Source: Planctomycetota bacterium (lineage in GTDB: Bacteria; Planctomycetota; Phycisphaerae; Phycisphaerales; SM1A02). Taken from it: DNA of 22,631 nucleotides. The notes beneath the pieces are model-generated. The model saw only the letters and a list, made by a program, of their open reading frames with translations. It did no database searches and was not told the DNA's origin. The stretch spans positions 1-22,631 of the forward strand of contig JADFKZ010000034.1 in assembly GCA_022564665.1 (NCBI GenBank), in the 5' to 3' direction. Shown here piece after piece: positions 1-8,458 of the stretch (within the stretch, counting starts at the first letter, position 1; every line of letters begins with the position of its first letter). Made by a program: the position numbers and the translations under genes.

Positions 1-110
1 GCGACGCCCTTGCCCTTCGCTAGCACTTCACCTCCACCAGGTTGTGCAGGGGACTTTCACCCCCAAGCTGACGAACATGCTCGGCACACAAAGACCGGGG
101 CTTCGCTTCG

Positions 111-151
111 CTCAGCCCCAGCCACCCGAGCTCAGCCCCAGCCACCCCGAG
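111..151. repeat. Tandem direct repeat, two units of 20-21 bp (ctcagccccagccacc(c)cgag).
   Basis: Read directly: 111-130 and 131-151 are identical except for one extra c. It lies downstream of the minus-strand DUF192 gene stop (226-228). Confidence 0.6.
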
Positions 152-225
152 GGAGGCAGATGGCTATCGGCAAGATATTGCGTCCGCCCTTTTTCTGGCC
201 GACGGCCGATTGCCGACAGCCTCTT

Positions 226-759
226 TCACTTCGCCAGCTTTTTGAGCTTCTTGAAGTCCAGCCCGATCGTCTTGTCGAGTTTCAGCTTCAGGCGATCGAT
301 CGAGCCTGCTTTCAGCTCGATGGCGAACTGGCTGCGGCGGTGGCTGGGGTAGCTCTTGAGCCGGCGATGGTAGGCCCCCTCGCTCTCGCTCTTTCGCCGC
401 GGGGGCTGGACCTTCATCTTGTGGAGGGCGACGATCCGGCCGCGGCGGTCGAGAAACACCAGATCGATGTCCACCAGGCAGTTCTTCATCCAGAAGCTCC
501 GCCGCATTGATTTGCGGAACACAAAGAGCATTCCACCGTGGTCGTCGATCTTGGTGCGCTGCATCAGGCCCCGGATCCGGGTCTTTGGGTCGGCGGCGAT
601 CTGGAGCTTGAAGGTCTCGGCCCCGATCACGACCTTCTCGGTGGGGGGCCCTTTTTGCTCGGGCTTCTTCTGGTCGTCGGACCCGCCCGCGGCCGCCGCC
701 ACCAGCAGCGCCATTGCCAGGGGCAGGAGTCGCGTCGCTGGGAACGTGGGAGCCTTCAT
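226..759 (-). CDS. DUF192 (COG1430-like) secreted protein with an N-terminal signal peptide.
   Basis: The translation contains the typical DUF192 core (RIRGLMQRT...GMLFVF...SFWMKNCLVDIDLVFLD..GRIV...AIELKAGS). It begins with a hydrophobic signal-like N-terminus (MKAPTFPATRLLPLAMALLVAAAAG). The ATG at 757-759 is preceded by GAGGA 8 nt upstream on the minus strand. An alternative GTG at 774 would overlap the upstream gene stop as GTGA. Confidence 0.8.
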   Translation of the reverse strand: MKAPTFPATRLLPLAMALLVAAAAGGSDDQKKPEQKGPPTEKVVIGAETFKLQIAADPKTRIRGLMQRTKIDDHGGMLFVFRKSMRRSFWMKNCLVDIDLVFLDRRGRIVALHKMKVQPPRRKSESEGAYHRRLKSYPSHRRSQFAIELKAGSIDRLKLKLDKTIGLDFKKLKKLAK

Positions 760-770
760 CCAACAGGTCC

Positions 771-1862
771 TCACCCCTCGACCCGAGCGATGAACGTGAT
801 GGGCGCGTCATACCCGCCCAACGCGATGCTGAGCCGCTCGTAGAGCAGACCCGAAGTCCGCGTCAGTACCGTCACCTGAATTGTGCAATACACATCGGTT
901 CCCACGATTTCGTGGGCGAGCAGCCAGGCGTCGATGCCTCCGGTCACGGGGCGGACGACCGGGGTGCCTGGGTCCGGGAATCCCTTGGGGTTGTATTGCA
1001 GCTTGGTCTTGAGCTCGTAGCTCTCGCCGCGGGCGAGCACACCCGCCAGGATTCGCCTGTCGCCGAGGACCCATCGCGGCGTGGACGTGGACTTCCTCGT
1101 CCAGTCGTGTCGTACCTGCAGATCAACCAGCGGCGCCCGGGGGTGGTCGGTCTCGACCACCCACCACCGCCTGATCGTCTGCCGGGTATAGCCGGTCAGG
1201 TCCCACCGCAGCGTGTATTGATTCCTCGGCTCGTCCTGGGTGGCGTTGAAATCAACAAAGACCGGCGGCTTGCCATCGGCCCGCAGAATCCGAAATGGCC
1301 TTTGGTCCATCGACTTCACCACGACCTGCCCCCTCATACCGACCTTGTAGGCCTCGAGAAACGGCGGCAGCGCCCGAACCGGCAGCGACACCTCGGCACG
1401 AATATCCAGCACCGAGAACTGGCTGAATCCGTGGACGAACACGGTGATCTTCTCCCGCTTGATGCCCAGGCCCGGCTTGGGTGTCAGGGTCGCGGTGAGA
1501 TCGACCACCTCGCCGGGTCGCAGGACCGTGCCTGCAAGGTCCCGGGCGTAGGTGCACGCGCAGCTCGCCACGGTTCGAGCGATGGTCAACGGCCGGTCGC
1601 CGACGTTGCGGATCTTGACGGTCCCGGTCCCGGCCTCCCCCACGCCCAGAAGCCCCAGGTCCAGGACCGGCGGCTCGAATGCGATGGGGGGCACGGCCGA
1701 CGCGGGCGGCGGTCTCGCCACATCGGCGGTTGTGGGGGCATCGGCTCCCCGATCGCAGCCGGTCAGGCACGCCATGAATGACAGGACACCGATTCCAACC
1801 GCCCGCCGGCGCCGGACGCGATGGGCTTGGCGCGTGATGGTTGCGCGGCAGACGGTGCTCAT
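771..1862 (-). CDS. Lipoprotein with an N-terminal DUF1573-like domain and an uncharacterised C-terminal domain of about 250 aa.
   Basis: Signal peptide with a lipobox-like LTGC (RRRRAVGIGVLSFMACLTGCD). The segment TGTVKIRNVGDRPLTIARTVASCAC...RPGEVVDL matches the DUF1573 consensus (N.G..PL.I..v..SCgCT...PGE). The ATG at 1860-1862 overlaps the hmgA stop as ATGA. The stop at 771-773 overlaps the GTG at 774. Confidence 0.65.
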   Translation of the reverse strand: MSTVCRATITRQAHRVRRRRAVGIGVLSFMACLTGCDRGADAPTTADVARPPPASAVPPIAFEPPVLDLGLLGVGEAGTGTVKIRNVGDRPLTIARTVASCACTYARDLAGTVLRPGEVVDLTATLTPKPGLGIKREKITVFVHGFSQFSVLDIRAEVSLPVRALPPFLEAYKVGMRGQVVVKSMDQRPFRILRADGKPPVFVDFNATQDEPRNQYTLRWDLTGYTRQTIRRWWVVETDHPRAPLVDLQVRHDWTRKSTSTPRWVLGDRRILAGVLARGESYELKTKLQYNPKGFPDPGTPVVRPVTGGIDAWLLAHEIVGTDVYCTIQVTVLTRTSGLLYERLSIALGGYDAPITFIARVEG

Positions 1863-3133
1863 CCGCTGGTGTCCACCGCCTTGGCATCCGGGGCAATCAC
1901 CGGGATCTTCGCCTGGCCGTCGGGCAGGTGCTTGCCCGCGGAGCTGGGAAAATGCGCGCCCTTCCAGCTCTCGGGGTACTCCGGGTCGTCCAGCGCCAGC
2001 GCCGCCGCGGTGGGAAACAGCGGCCGGAAGGTATCGCACATCACCGCCAGCTCGTCCGTCCAGCGCTTGCCCAGCGACGCCTCGACGGTTCCCGGGTGGG
2101 GACCGTGGGGGATGCCCTGCGGGTGCGCGGTGATCGAGCCGATCTCGATCCCCTTGCGTGCCCTGTAGTCGCCGGCGACATAGTAAAGGACCTCGTCGGA
2201 ATCGATGTTGGAGTGGTTATAGGGGATGGGGACGGCCTCGGGGTGATCATCAAGGGCGCGGGGGCAGAAGGAGCAGATCACGAAGTTGTGCGCCTCGAAC
2301 GTCTGATGGGTGGGCGGGGGCATATGCACCCGCCCGGTGATGGGGCTGAAGTCGTCGATGTTGAACAGGTAGGGCCAGTAGCACCCGTCCCATCCCACGA
2401 CATCGAGGGGGTGATAGTCGTAGATGTAGTTGTGGACGCTGCCACGCGCCTTGATCCTCACCTCAAACTCGCCGGACTCGTCGTAGGTCAGCGGGAGCTC
2501 GGGCGGGCGCAGGTCGCGCTCACAGTACGGGGCGTGCTCGAGGAATTGAGCGCTGCGCTTGGACAGATAGCGCGGGGGCGGCAGAATGTGGGACCCGTTG
2601 GCGGTCTCGATCACGAGGAACCGCGGGTTGGGATCTCCCGCCGCCGGCTCGTCGAACTCCATTCGGTAGGTCGTGCCCTTGGGAATGATGACGTAGTCCC
2701 GCACCTTGAAGCGGAGCGTGCCGAAGACTGAGTAGACGGTTCCCGACCCGTAGTGAATAAAGATGCACTCGTCGCCCATACTGTTCTTGTAGAAGTAGCC
2801 CATCGGAACCGCGGGCACACAGAGGCTCATCTCGCAGTCGGCGTTGCCGAAGAGCACGACCCGTCCCGTAACCGGGTCACCCTCAGGATCAAGCGGCATC
2901 GTTTTGAGATGCCGCATCCGCATGGTGTCTGTCTCGACATACTCAACGTGCGTGGAGTAGAGCGTCTTCCATCCGACGACCTGGGTTGGTGGGTGGATGT
3001 GATAGAGCGTCGTCGTGGGCCCGACAAAGCCCTCGGTGCCGAAGACCTCTTCGGAGTACAACGCGCCATCAGGGCGGCGGAATTGAATGTGCCGCTTGGC
3101 AGGCAGTTGGCCAAGCTTGCGGTAGTACGGCAT
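1859..3133 (-). CDS. hmgA: Homogentisate 1,2-dioxygenase.
   Basis: The N-terminus MPYYRKLGQLPAKRHIQF... and the whole length are characteristic of HGD (about 424 aa from the internal Met). GGAGG lies 4 nt upstream of the ATG at 3131-3133. The ORF extension upstream of that ATG has no RBS and is probably not translated. Confidence 0.93.
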   Translation of the reverse strand: MPYYRKLGQLPAKRHIQFRRPDGALYSEEVFGTEGFVGPTTTLYHIHPPTQVVGWKTLYSTHVEYVETDTMRMRHLKTMPLDPEGDPVTGRVVLFGNADCEMSLCVPAVPMGYFYKNSMGDECIFIHYGSGTVYSVFGTLRFKVRDYVIIPKGTTYRMEFDEPAAGDPNPRFLVIETANGSHILPPPRYLSKRSAQFLEHAPYCERDLRPPELPLTYDESGEFEVRIKARGSVHNYIYDYHPLDVVGWDGCYWPYLFNIDDFSPITGRVHMPPPTHQTFEAHNFVICSFCPRALDDHPEAVPIPYNHSNIDSDEVLYYVAGDYRARKGIEIGSITAHPQGIPHGPHPGTVEASLGKRWTDELAVMCDTFRPLFPTAAALALDDPEYPESWKGAHFPSSAGKHLPDGQAKIPVIAPDAKAVDTSG

Positions 3134-3310
3134 GGGGGCCTCCAATGAGGGATCCTGCACTTGGATACGGCCAATGATATCCCGCGATCGCCCGCACCCC
3201 CTTCTCCCCGCTCCGTGGGACAAAAGTACGTCTCGGCGGGCCCCCTAACCTCGCCCGGCCAAAACAAAACCACATGAAGGTCATGCCCGCGCTGGACGAT
3301 CTAGGAGCTT

Positions 3311-4579
3311 GTGAGGCACCCCCGGAGAGCCCACTCCAGACGACCGCTGAAACTTGCATTGATCCTGCTGACGGCGATGCTTCCGGTGTCCGCTGCGCGC
3401 GGGGATCTCTTTGAGATCTTTGTGATGGCCCCCGGCGGCGAAGTCGCGGACCTCTTCGTTGGCGGGTCGAGCCTGCCAGACCTCGTGACCAACCTGATGA
3501 ACTCCCAGGGAGCGTTTGCGGGCTTCGTCGGCATCGATTTCAATGCCAGCGTCACCTTCCTGGGCATCCCCGACGCCATCGAGGTCACTTTCGATGCCGG
3601 CACGGGCGAGGCGACCTTCAAGTTCACACTCCTGGGCCCTCTGGCCCAGGAGTTCACCTTCACCGGTGCCGACCTCGCCGCCCAGATCGAGCAGTTCCTG
3701 CAGGATCAGCTCAACCAGGAGATCCAGGCCTTTCTCGCCGCGATCAACACGCTCTCGGCGGTCGCCGTCACCGACGGCTCGCCGATGTCTACCACCGCGC
3801 TCTCGGCATCCTTCGTCTATGACCGCTTCGGGCTGCACGCCGACCTGACAGCGGCCCAAAAGAAGGCGGAGCAGGCTGACCAGGGCAAGGAGCCCGAGTA
3901 CGGCTTTCGGGGCCGCGTGGACATCTACTACGACACCATCACCACCGACGTCAGCAGCGGCAACTCCTTTGCGATCGCGCCGTCACTCGAGTACATCCTC
4001 AGCGAGCAGGTCTCGGTGGGGCTGCTCTTCCCGATCACCTATCACGACATCGGAGGCGCCCAGATCCTCAACGTTCACGCCAACCTCGCCATTCCGATCT
4101 ACCTCATCCCGCCGAGTGACATCGGCGGTGTGAGCCTCCGGATCACGCCCTTCGGGACGCTGGCGGGCAGCGGTTCCGTGGACCTGATCGCGGGCGGCCT
4201 CATCGGCGGTGGGGGCATCCTGAGTACGGTCACGTTCGACCTGGGAGAGCTGACGATTTCAGCCACAAGCCAGCTCAGCTTCCACGAGGGGATCACGCTT
4301 CGATACCAGGGGTTCGAGTTCGACCCGGGTGTCAGCCAGCGGATCTTCAAGGGCGGCATCAAGCTGACGCAGACCATCGGCGACAACATGTTCTTCTACG
4401 GGGCCATCACTTATTCGTCGTTCCTCGAGCCGGCGGCGATCGACAACTATCTCTCGCCCGCAGCCGGCATTGGCTTCCGCGCGGAAAACGGGCTGAACTT
4501 CAGCATCGGCTACTCAGGCGACATCGCAGATAACTTCGAGTCGCACCAGCTCCAGGCAAGGTTTCAGCTGCCGTTCTGA
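3311..4579 (+). CDS. Secreted protein that looks like an outer-membrane beta-barrel.
   Basis: Signal peptide (RRAHSRRPLKLALILLTAMLPVSAARG), no Cys, and alternating hydrophobic patterns in the C-terminal half. It ends ...ARFQLPF with a terminal Phe, as typical OMP beta-barrels do. It starts at GTG 3311 with AGGAG just upstream. No family assignment is possible by eye; it might be FadL-, porin- or autotransporter-like. Confidence 0.5.
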   Translation: MRHPRRAHSRRPLKLALILLTAMLPVSAARGDLFEIFVMAPGGEVADLFVGGSSLPDLVTNLMNSQGAFAGFVGIDFNASVTFLGIPDAIEVTFDAGTGEATFKFTLLGPLAQEFTFTGADLAAQIEQFLQDQLNQEIQAFLAAINTLSAVAVTDGSPMSTTALSASFVYDRFGLHADLTAAQKKAEQADQGKEPEYGFRGRVDIYYDTITTDVSSGNSFAIAPSLEYILSEQVSVGLLFPITYHDIGGAQILNVHANLAIPIYLIPPSDIGGVSLRITPFGTLAGSGSVDLIAGGLIGGGGILSTVTFDLGELTISATSQLSFHEGITLRYQGFEFDPGVSQRIFKGGIKLTQTIGDNMFFYGAITYSSFLEPAAIDNYLSPAAGIGFRAENGLNFSIGYSGDIADNFESHQLQARFQLPF

Positions 4580-4642
4580 GTCACTGTCGATTGTCGGTGA
4601 TCGGCGTTCAGCTCGCCGTCCTGCCAGCGCATCTGAGGCCTC

Positions 4643-4687
4643 GGGGGTCGGGGTTTTGCGCTTTCCCGAACCCTGAACCCCGAACCC
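4643..4687. terminator. Possible bidirectional terminator hairpin between convergent genes. It has a ggggtcggggtt / aaccccgaaccc stem with one mismatch and tandem (c)ccgaaccct units.
   Basis: Seen in sequence between the OMP stop (4577-4579) and the methyltransferase stop (4699-4701). There is no clean U-tract, so the assignment is weak. Confidence 0.3.
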
Positions 4688-4698
4688 TCGTCCCCTCC

Positions 4699-5334
4699 TT
4701 ATTCCGTCACTCGCTCCGCCGGCAGCCCAGTCAGCCGCCGCCGGCTGAACCGTGGCACAAACCGCCCAGTCTCGCGCGCGTATTCCCTGTACTCATCACC
4801 AAAACGCTGGGTCAGGTTCGCCTCTTCCCGGGAGGTCCGGACGATGAGCACCCCGAGGGCCACCCCGCAGGTCAGAAGGATAAACCAGCTGTCCGTCAGC
4901 AGAACATAGCCCGCAAAGAGCAACAGGCCGGAGGAATACATCGGATGCCGGACCCAGCGGTAAGGGCCGCCGGTAACGAGGGTGTGGTTGATACGCGTCT
5001 GGGCGGTGGGTGTGACGTTGTCGCCAAGACAGCGGAACACCCAAAAGAAAAACGCCACCGCGATCAGTCCCAGTGCTCCCCCCGGCAGCCGCACCCAGTC
5101 GGGAAGACCTATCTGCGACCATCCCATCCAGGCTGGGTTGATCAGAAAAAGGAGCAGGCCGGCGAAGCCGGTGACGCCCGAGACCATAAGAAGCAGTCGA
5201 ATCCAGCCTGCATCCCCACGACAGTTGACAGACCCACCGGCGCGATCCGCCTTGCGACGAAAATAGATGCTGATGGTCAGGCCGACGACCACCACCACCA
5301 GCAGGATCCACCGGTAGAGGCTCTCGCTGAGCAT
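4699..5334 (-). CDS. Integral-membrane methyltransferase of the isoprenylcysteine carboxyl / phospholipid methyltransferase (ICMT/PEMT) superfamily.
   Basis: Multiple TM segments plus the C-terminal signature GPYRWVRHPMYSSGLL...REEANLTQRFGDEYREYARETGRFVP (RHP.Y / EE..L...FG..Y motif). It is co-oriented with hppD, 77 bp downstream of it. There is no obvious SD. Confidence 0.75.
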   Translation of the reverse strand: MLSESLYRWILLVVVVVGLTISIYFRRKADRAGGSVNCRGDAGWIRLLLMVSGVTGFAGLLLFLINPAWMGWSQIGLPDWVRLPGGALGLIAVAFFFWVFRCLGDNVTPTAQTRINHTLVTGGPYRWVRHPMYSSGLLLFAGYVLLTDSWFILLTCGVALGVLIVRTSREEANLTQRFGDEYREYARETGRFVPRFSRRRLTGLPAERVTE

Positions 5335-5374
5335 TTGACGGTCAACTCGTAGACGTCAGGTATGACCGTCGGCC
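5335..5374. promoter_or_regulatory. Inverted repeat / palindrome (TTGACGGTCAA ... TGACCGTC) immediately upstream of the methyltransferase start codon, between hppD and that gene.
   Basis: ttgacggtcaa (5335-5345) is an 11-bp palindrome. tgaccgtc at 5366-5373 pairs with gacggtca to give an 8-bp stem with a loop of about 20 nt. The function is unknown; it could be an operator, an attenuator or an RNA structure. Confidence 0.3.
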
Positions 5375-5411
5375 AAAGGGCCGCGAATTCTTGAGACCTA
5401 AACCCACAACC

Positions 5412-6602
5412 TTACAGGTTCCCGCGCTGCGCCTGCTCAGCCTCCAGGGCCGTAAACAGCGCCTTGAAGTTGCCCCTGCCGAAGCTCTCGCTGCCGCGGC
5501 GGCAGATGATCTCGAAGAAGAGCGTGGGACGGTCCTGAAGAGGCTTGGTGAACAGTTGCAGCAGATACCCATCGTCATCGGCATCGACGAGGATTCCCAG
5601 TTGCCTGATCCGCTCGTGGTCCTCCCTGATCCCCCAGCCCATCTTGGCCACGCGATCCCACACCTCCTCATAGTAGGTCTCGGGAATCGCCAGGAAATCC
5701 ACGCCCCGCCGGCGGAGCTCGGCGACGCTGGCCAGCTCGTCATCCGTGCGGAAGGCCAGGTGCTGAATGCCCGGCATATCGTCGTGCCAGTCCAGATACT
5801 CCTGGATCTGGCTCTTCCGCCGCCCCTCGGCCGGCTCGTTGATCGGCAGCTTGATGATGCCGAAACCGCTGTCCATGACCTTGGACATCAGGGCGGAGTA
5901 CTCCGTTGAAATATCCTTATCATCGAAGTGCTTGAAGAGCTTGAAGCCGAGCACCTCCTCGTACCACTTCACCCAGTGGTCCATCTTTCCCAGCTCGACG
6001 TTGCCCACGCAATGATCGACGTACTCCAGCCCGCAGGGGTGCTGCCGGTTGTAGTCGTTGAGGGCGAACTGCAGGCGGTTCTTGAAGATGGGGCTCATCC
6101 GCCCACCCTTTCTGAGGTTGGCCAGATCGAACTCGCCCCGGCGGGAGACGAAGGAGTGGATGACCCGCCCGTAGGTCTTGACGCCCCCCTTGGTGATGGC
6201 GCCGGCCTCGCAGGAGTAGGTGACGGGCTCGTAGGCGGACTCGGCGCCGTTCTTCAGCGCCTGCTCGTAGGCCGCCTCCGCGTCGGCGACGGTGAAGGCC
6301 AGGTCCTTGATCCCGTCGCCATGGAGCATCACTTCGCGCTGGGCGGGGTGATCGCGGCTCAGGCCCGTGGTCAGAACGAGTCGGATGTTGCCCTGGGTGA
6401 GCAGGTAGTTGGCTTCCTGGCGGGAGCCCGTGGTCAGGTCGGAACACTGCTGGATCTGAAACCCGAAGCAGTGGGCGTAGAAGTAAGCTGACTGCTTGGC
6501 GTTGCCGACGTAGAAACGAACATGATCGACGTCGATCAATCGCAGGGGATCGTCGTCGGCCGAGGGCCGCGAAATCGACGAAGGCTTGCTCGCGGTGGAC
6601 AT
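5412..6602 (-). CDS. hppD: 4-hydroxyphenylpyruvate dioxygenase.
   Basis: Full-length similarity to HPPD (about 396 aa; ...RIRQLGILVDADDDGYLLQLFTKPLQDRPTLFFEIICRRG...). AAGGAGG lies 9 nt upstream of the ATG at 6600-6602. In-frame ATG 6608 and TTG 6611 are too close to the SD to be the start. Confidence 0.93.
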   Translation of the reverse strand: MSTASKPSSISRPSADDDPLRLIDVDHVRFYVGNAKQSAYFYAHCFGFQIQQCSDLTTGSRQEANYLLTQGNIRLVLTTGLSRDHPAQREVMLHGDGIKDLAFTVADAEAAYEQALKNGAESAYEPVTYSCEAGAITKGGVKTYGRVIHSFVSRRGEFDLANLRKGGRMSPIFKNRLQFALNDYNRQHPCGLEYVDHCVGNVELGKMDHWVKWYEEVLGFKLFKHFDDKDISTEYSALMSKVMDSGFGIIKLPINEPAEGRRKSQIQEYLDWHDDMPGIQHLAFRTDDELASVAELRRRGVDFLAIPETYYEEVWDRVAKMGWGIREDHERIRQLGILVDADDDGYLLQLFTKPLQDRPTLFFEIICRRGSESFGRGNFKALFTALEAEQAQRGNL

Positions 6603-6826
6603 GTTCATCAACCTCCTTCAAAGAGAGTCCGGCTCCACACGACCAGCGAGGGGCCTATGGTGATTTTAAGCCCTGGGGCACGGGCACGCCCAGATCGGAC
6701 CCGGGGGTTGAGAATACCCTATGATGAGGATCTGGGAAGTGTCCGAACACCGTTTGGGCAGGACATGAACGGGCGTCGTCGCGGAACCAGAGTCACCAGT
6801 AAAGGTGCCTGAGAAAGGATGTTGCC

Positions 6827-8410
6827 ATGAGTGGGTTCGTCATCGTCGTTGGACTATTCCTGGCGGTTTCGCTCGTCGTCGGAACCGTACGAGCAACGGT
6901 CGGCCGTGTCGGGGCCGGGGGCCTCAGGGTGGCAGCGGGCGTCGTCGCATTGCTCGTCCTGGCTTTAACGGCGGTCCTGAGCTCGGTGCAGTACGTCGGC
7001 GAGAACTACATCGGGATCGTCATCAAGAACGTGGGGATGAATGACCTCCCGCAGGGCCAGATCCTGGCCACCGCGGGGGAGAAGGGGCCGCAGGCGAAGA
7101 TCCTCGGCCCCGGCTGGAGGCCCGGGCTGTGGCCGATCGTCTTTGACGTCGAAAAGACGCCCGTGGTGGAGATCGACGACGACCAGGTGGGCCTGCTCAC
7201 GACCACCGACGGCAGGCCGCTTCCGACCGGGCAGATCTACGCCCCGCAGTGGACCGAACAGGAATTCCAGAGGATGCTCGACGCCGACTACTTCCTCGGA
7301 GACGGCCAGGGGTACAAGGGCCCCCAGACCTCGGTGCTCACACCCGGCAAGTACCGCCTCAACACCAAGCTCTTCAACGTCGAGAAGGTGCTCGTGACCA
7401 ACGTCAAGAAGACGACGGTCGGTGTCATCAAGTCGAATGTCGGAATGCCCTCCCCCGACGTCGCGGCAACGCCCGATGCGCTGGTCGAGCAGGGGCAGCG
7501 CGGCATCTGGAGGCAGCCACGCCTGCCGCAGAAGTATTACCTCAACACCAAGGCCTACGAGGTCACGATGATCTCGACCGCCAAGCGGGTCGTCCAATAC
7601 GCAGGTAGCCAGAGAGACGGCGAGCAGCGCGAGATCACGGTCCGCACCTCAGACGGGTTTGACTTCCCAGTCGACGTGCGTGTCGAGTTTGAGGTCACAC
7701 CCCAGAATGCGCCCCTGGTTGTGGCCAGCTTCGGCGACGACGGCAACGACATGCTCGAGCGTCTGAACTCCGCAGTCAGGGCGATTTTCCGGAACAATGC
7801 CGAGACGGTCAAGGCGTTGGACTACGTCAACCAGCGGTCGCTCCAGGAGACGCAGTCCCTGATGATGCTCGCCACGGAGATGACCAAGGTCGGCGTCAGC
7901 GTGACCGCTGTCCGCATCGCGGGCGTGGCGGAGGACGGGTCGCTGGATACCCTGCTCAAGACCCAGACCGACCGGCAGATCGCCGACGAAGAGGTCAAGA
8001 CCTTCAAGCAGCAGCAGCTCGCCGCGGAGCAGAGGAAGGAGCTGACCCGCACCGAGCAGGAAGCCGAGGAGGAGCGGCGTCTGGCGACGGCGACGTACGA
8101 GGTGCAGATCGCCGAGCAGCAGAAGGAGCGTCGCATCATCGAGGCCGGCGCCGAGGCGGCGGCGATCCGAATCAGGGCCGAGGCCCAGGCCGAGGCCTAC
8201 CGCGTGGTGGCCGAGCAGATCGGGCCGGGCAACGCCGCCCTTCTGGAGCTTCTGAAGATCGTCGGTGAGGCGGGGATCAACATCACGCCGCGGGTCATGG
8301 TCTCCGGTAAGTCCAACTCGTCCGGCCAGTCCTCCGAGACCACCGCCCTCATCGGGACGATGCTTGACACCATGCTCAGCCGCGCGGAGCCGATCGCCAA
8401 GAAGAAGTAG
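6827..8410 (+). CDS. Flotillin-like SPFH/Band-7 membrane protein (FloT/YqiK type).
   Basis: N-terminal hydrophobic anchor, an SPFH-like region (GENYIGIVIKNVG...), then a long Ala/Glu/Gln-rich coiled-coil (QQQLAAEQRKELTRTEQEAEEERRLATATYEVQIAEQQKERRIIEAGAEAAAIRIRAEAQAEAYRV) typical of flotillins. The length, about 527 aa, matches FloT. Confidence 0.85.
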   Translation: MSGFVIVVGLFLAVSLVVGTVRATVGRVGAGGLRVAAGVVALLVLALTAVLSSVQYVGENYIGIVIKNVGMNDLPQGQILATAGEKGPQAKILGPGWRPGLWPIVFDVEKTPVVEIDDDQVGLLTTTDGRPLPTGQIYAPQWTEQEFQRMLDADYFLGDGQGYKGPQTSVLTPGKYRLNTKLFNVEKVLVTNVKKTTVGVIKSNVGMPSPDVAATPDALVEQGQRGIWRQPRLPQKYYLNTKAYEVTMISTAKRVVQYAGSQRDGEQREITVRTSDGFDFPVDVRVEFEVTPQNAPLVVASFGDDGNDMLERLNSAVRAIFRNNAETVKALDYVNQRSLQETQSLMMLATEMTKVGVSVTAVRIAGVAEDGSLDTLLKTQTDRQIADEEVKTFKQQQLAAEQRKELTRTEQEAEEERRLATATYEVQIAEQQKERRIIEAGAEAAAIRIRAEAQAEAYRVVAEQIGPGNAALLELLKIVGEAGINITPRVMVSGKSNSSGQSSETTALIGTMLDTMLSRAEPIAKKK

Positions 8411-8416
8411 AGGCGG

Positions 8417-8437
8417 CGCGCGACACCGGGTCGCGCG
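8417..8437 (+). other. Strong GC hairpin (8-bp stem cgcgcgac / gtcgcgcg, loop accgg) between the flotillin stop and the groES start.
   Basis: Read directly. There is no downstream U-run. It could be a non-canonical terminator, a processing site or an attenuator. Confidence 0.35.
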
Positions 8438-8458
8438 GGACTATCATCACGAGGAGCA

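Noticed and set aside
3134-3310. Possible small gene or ncRNA in the 177-bp divergent spacer between hmgA and the OMP gene.
   Set aside because: It has no ORF with an RBS and no conserved RNA motif I recognise. It most likely holds divergent promoters. I could not identify -35 or -10 hexamers convincingly.
6522-6812. 96-aa plus-strand ORF spanning the hppD 5' end and the hppD-flotillin spacer.
   Set aside because: It overlaps hppD in antisense, has no RBS and has an Arg-rich low-complexity translation.
8411-8458. CIRCE/HrcA operator upstream of groES.
   Set aside because: There is no TTAGCACTC-N9-GAGTGCTAA inverted repeat. The only structured element is the cgcgcgac/gtcgcgcg hairpin. A lone ctagcactt at about 21-29 is far away and unpaired.
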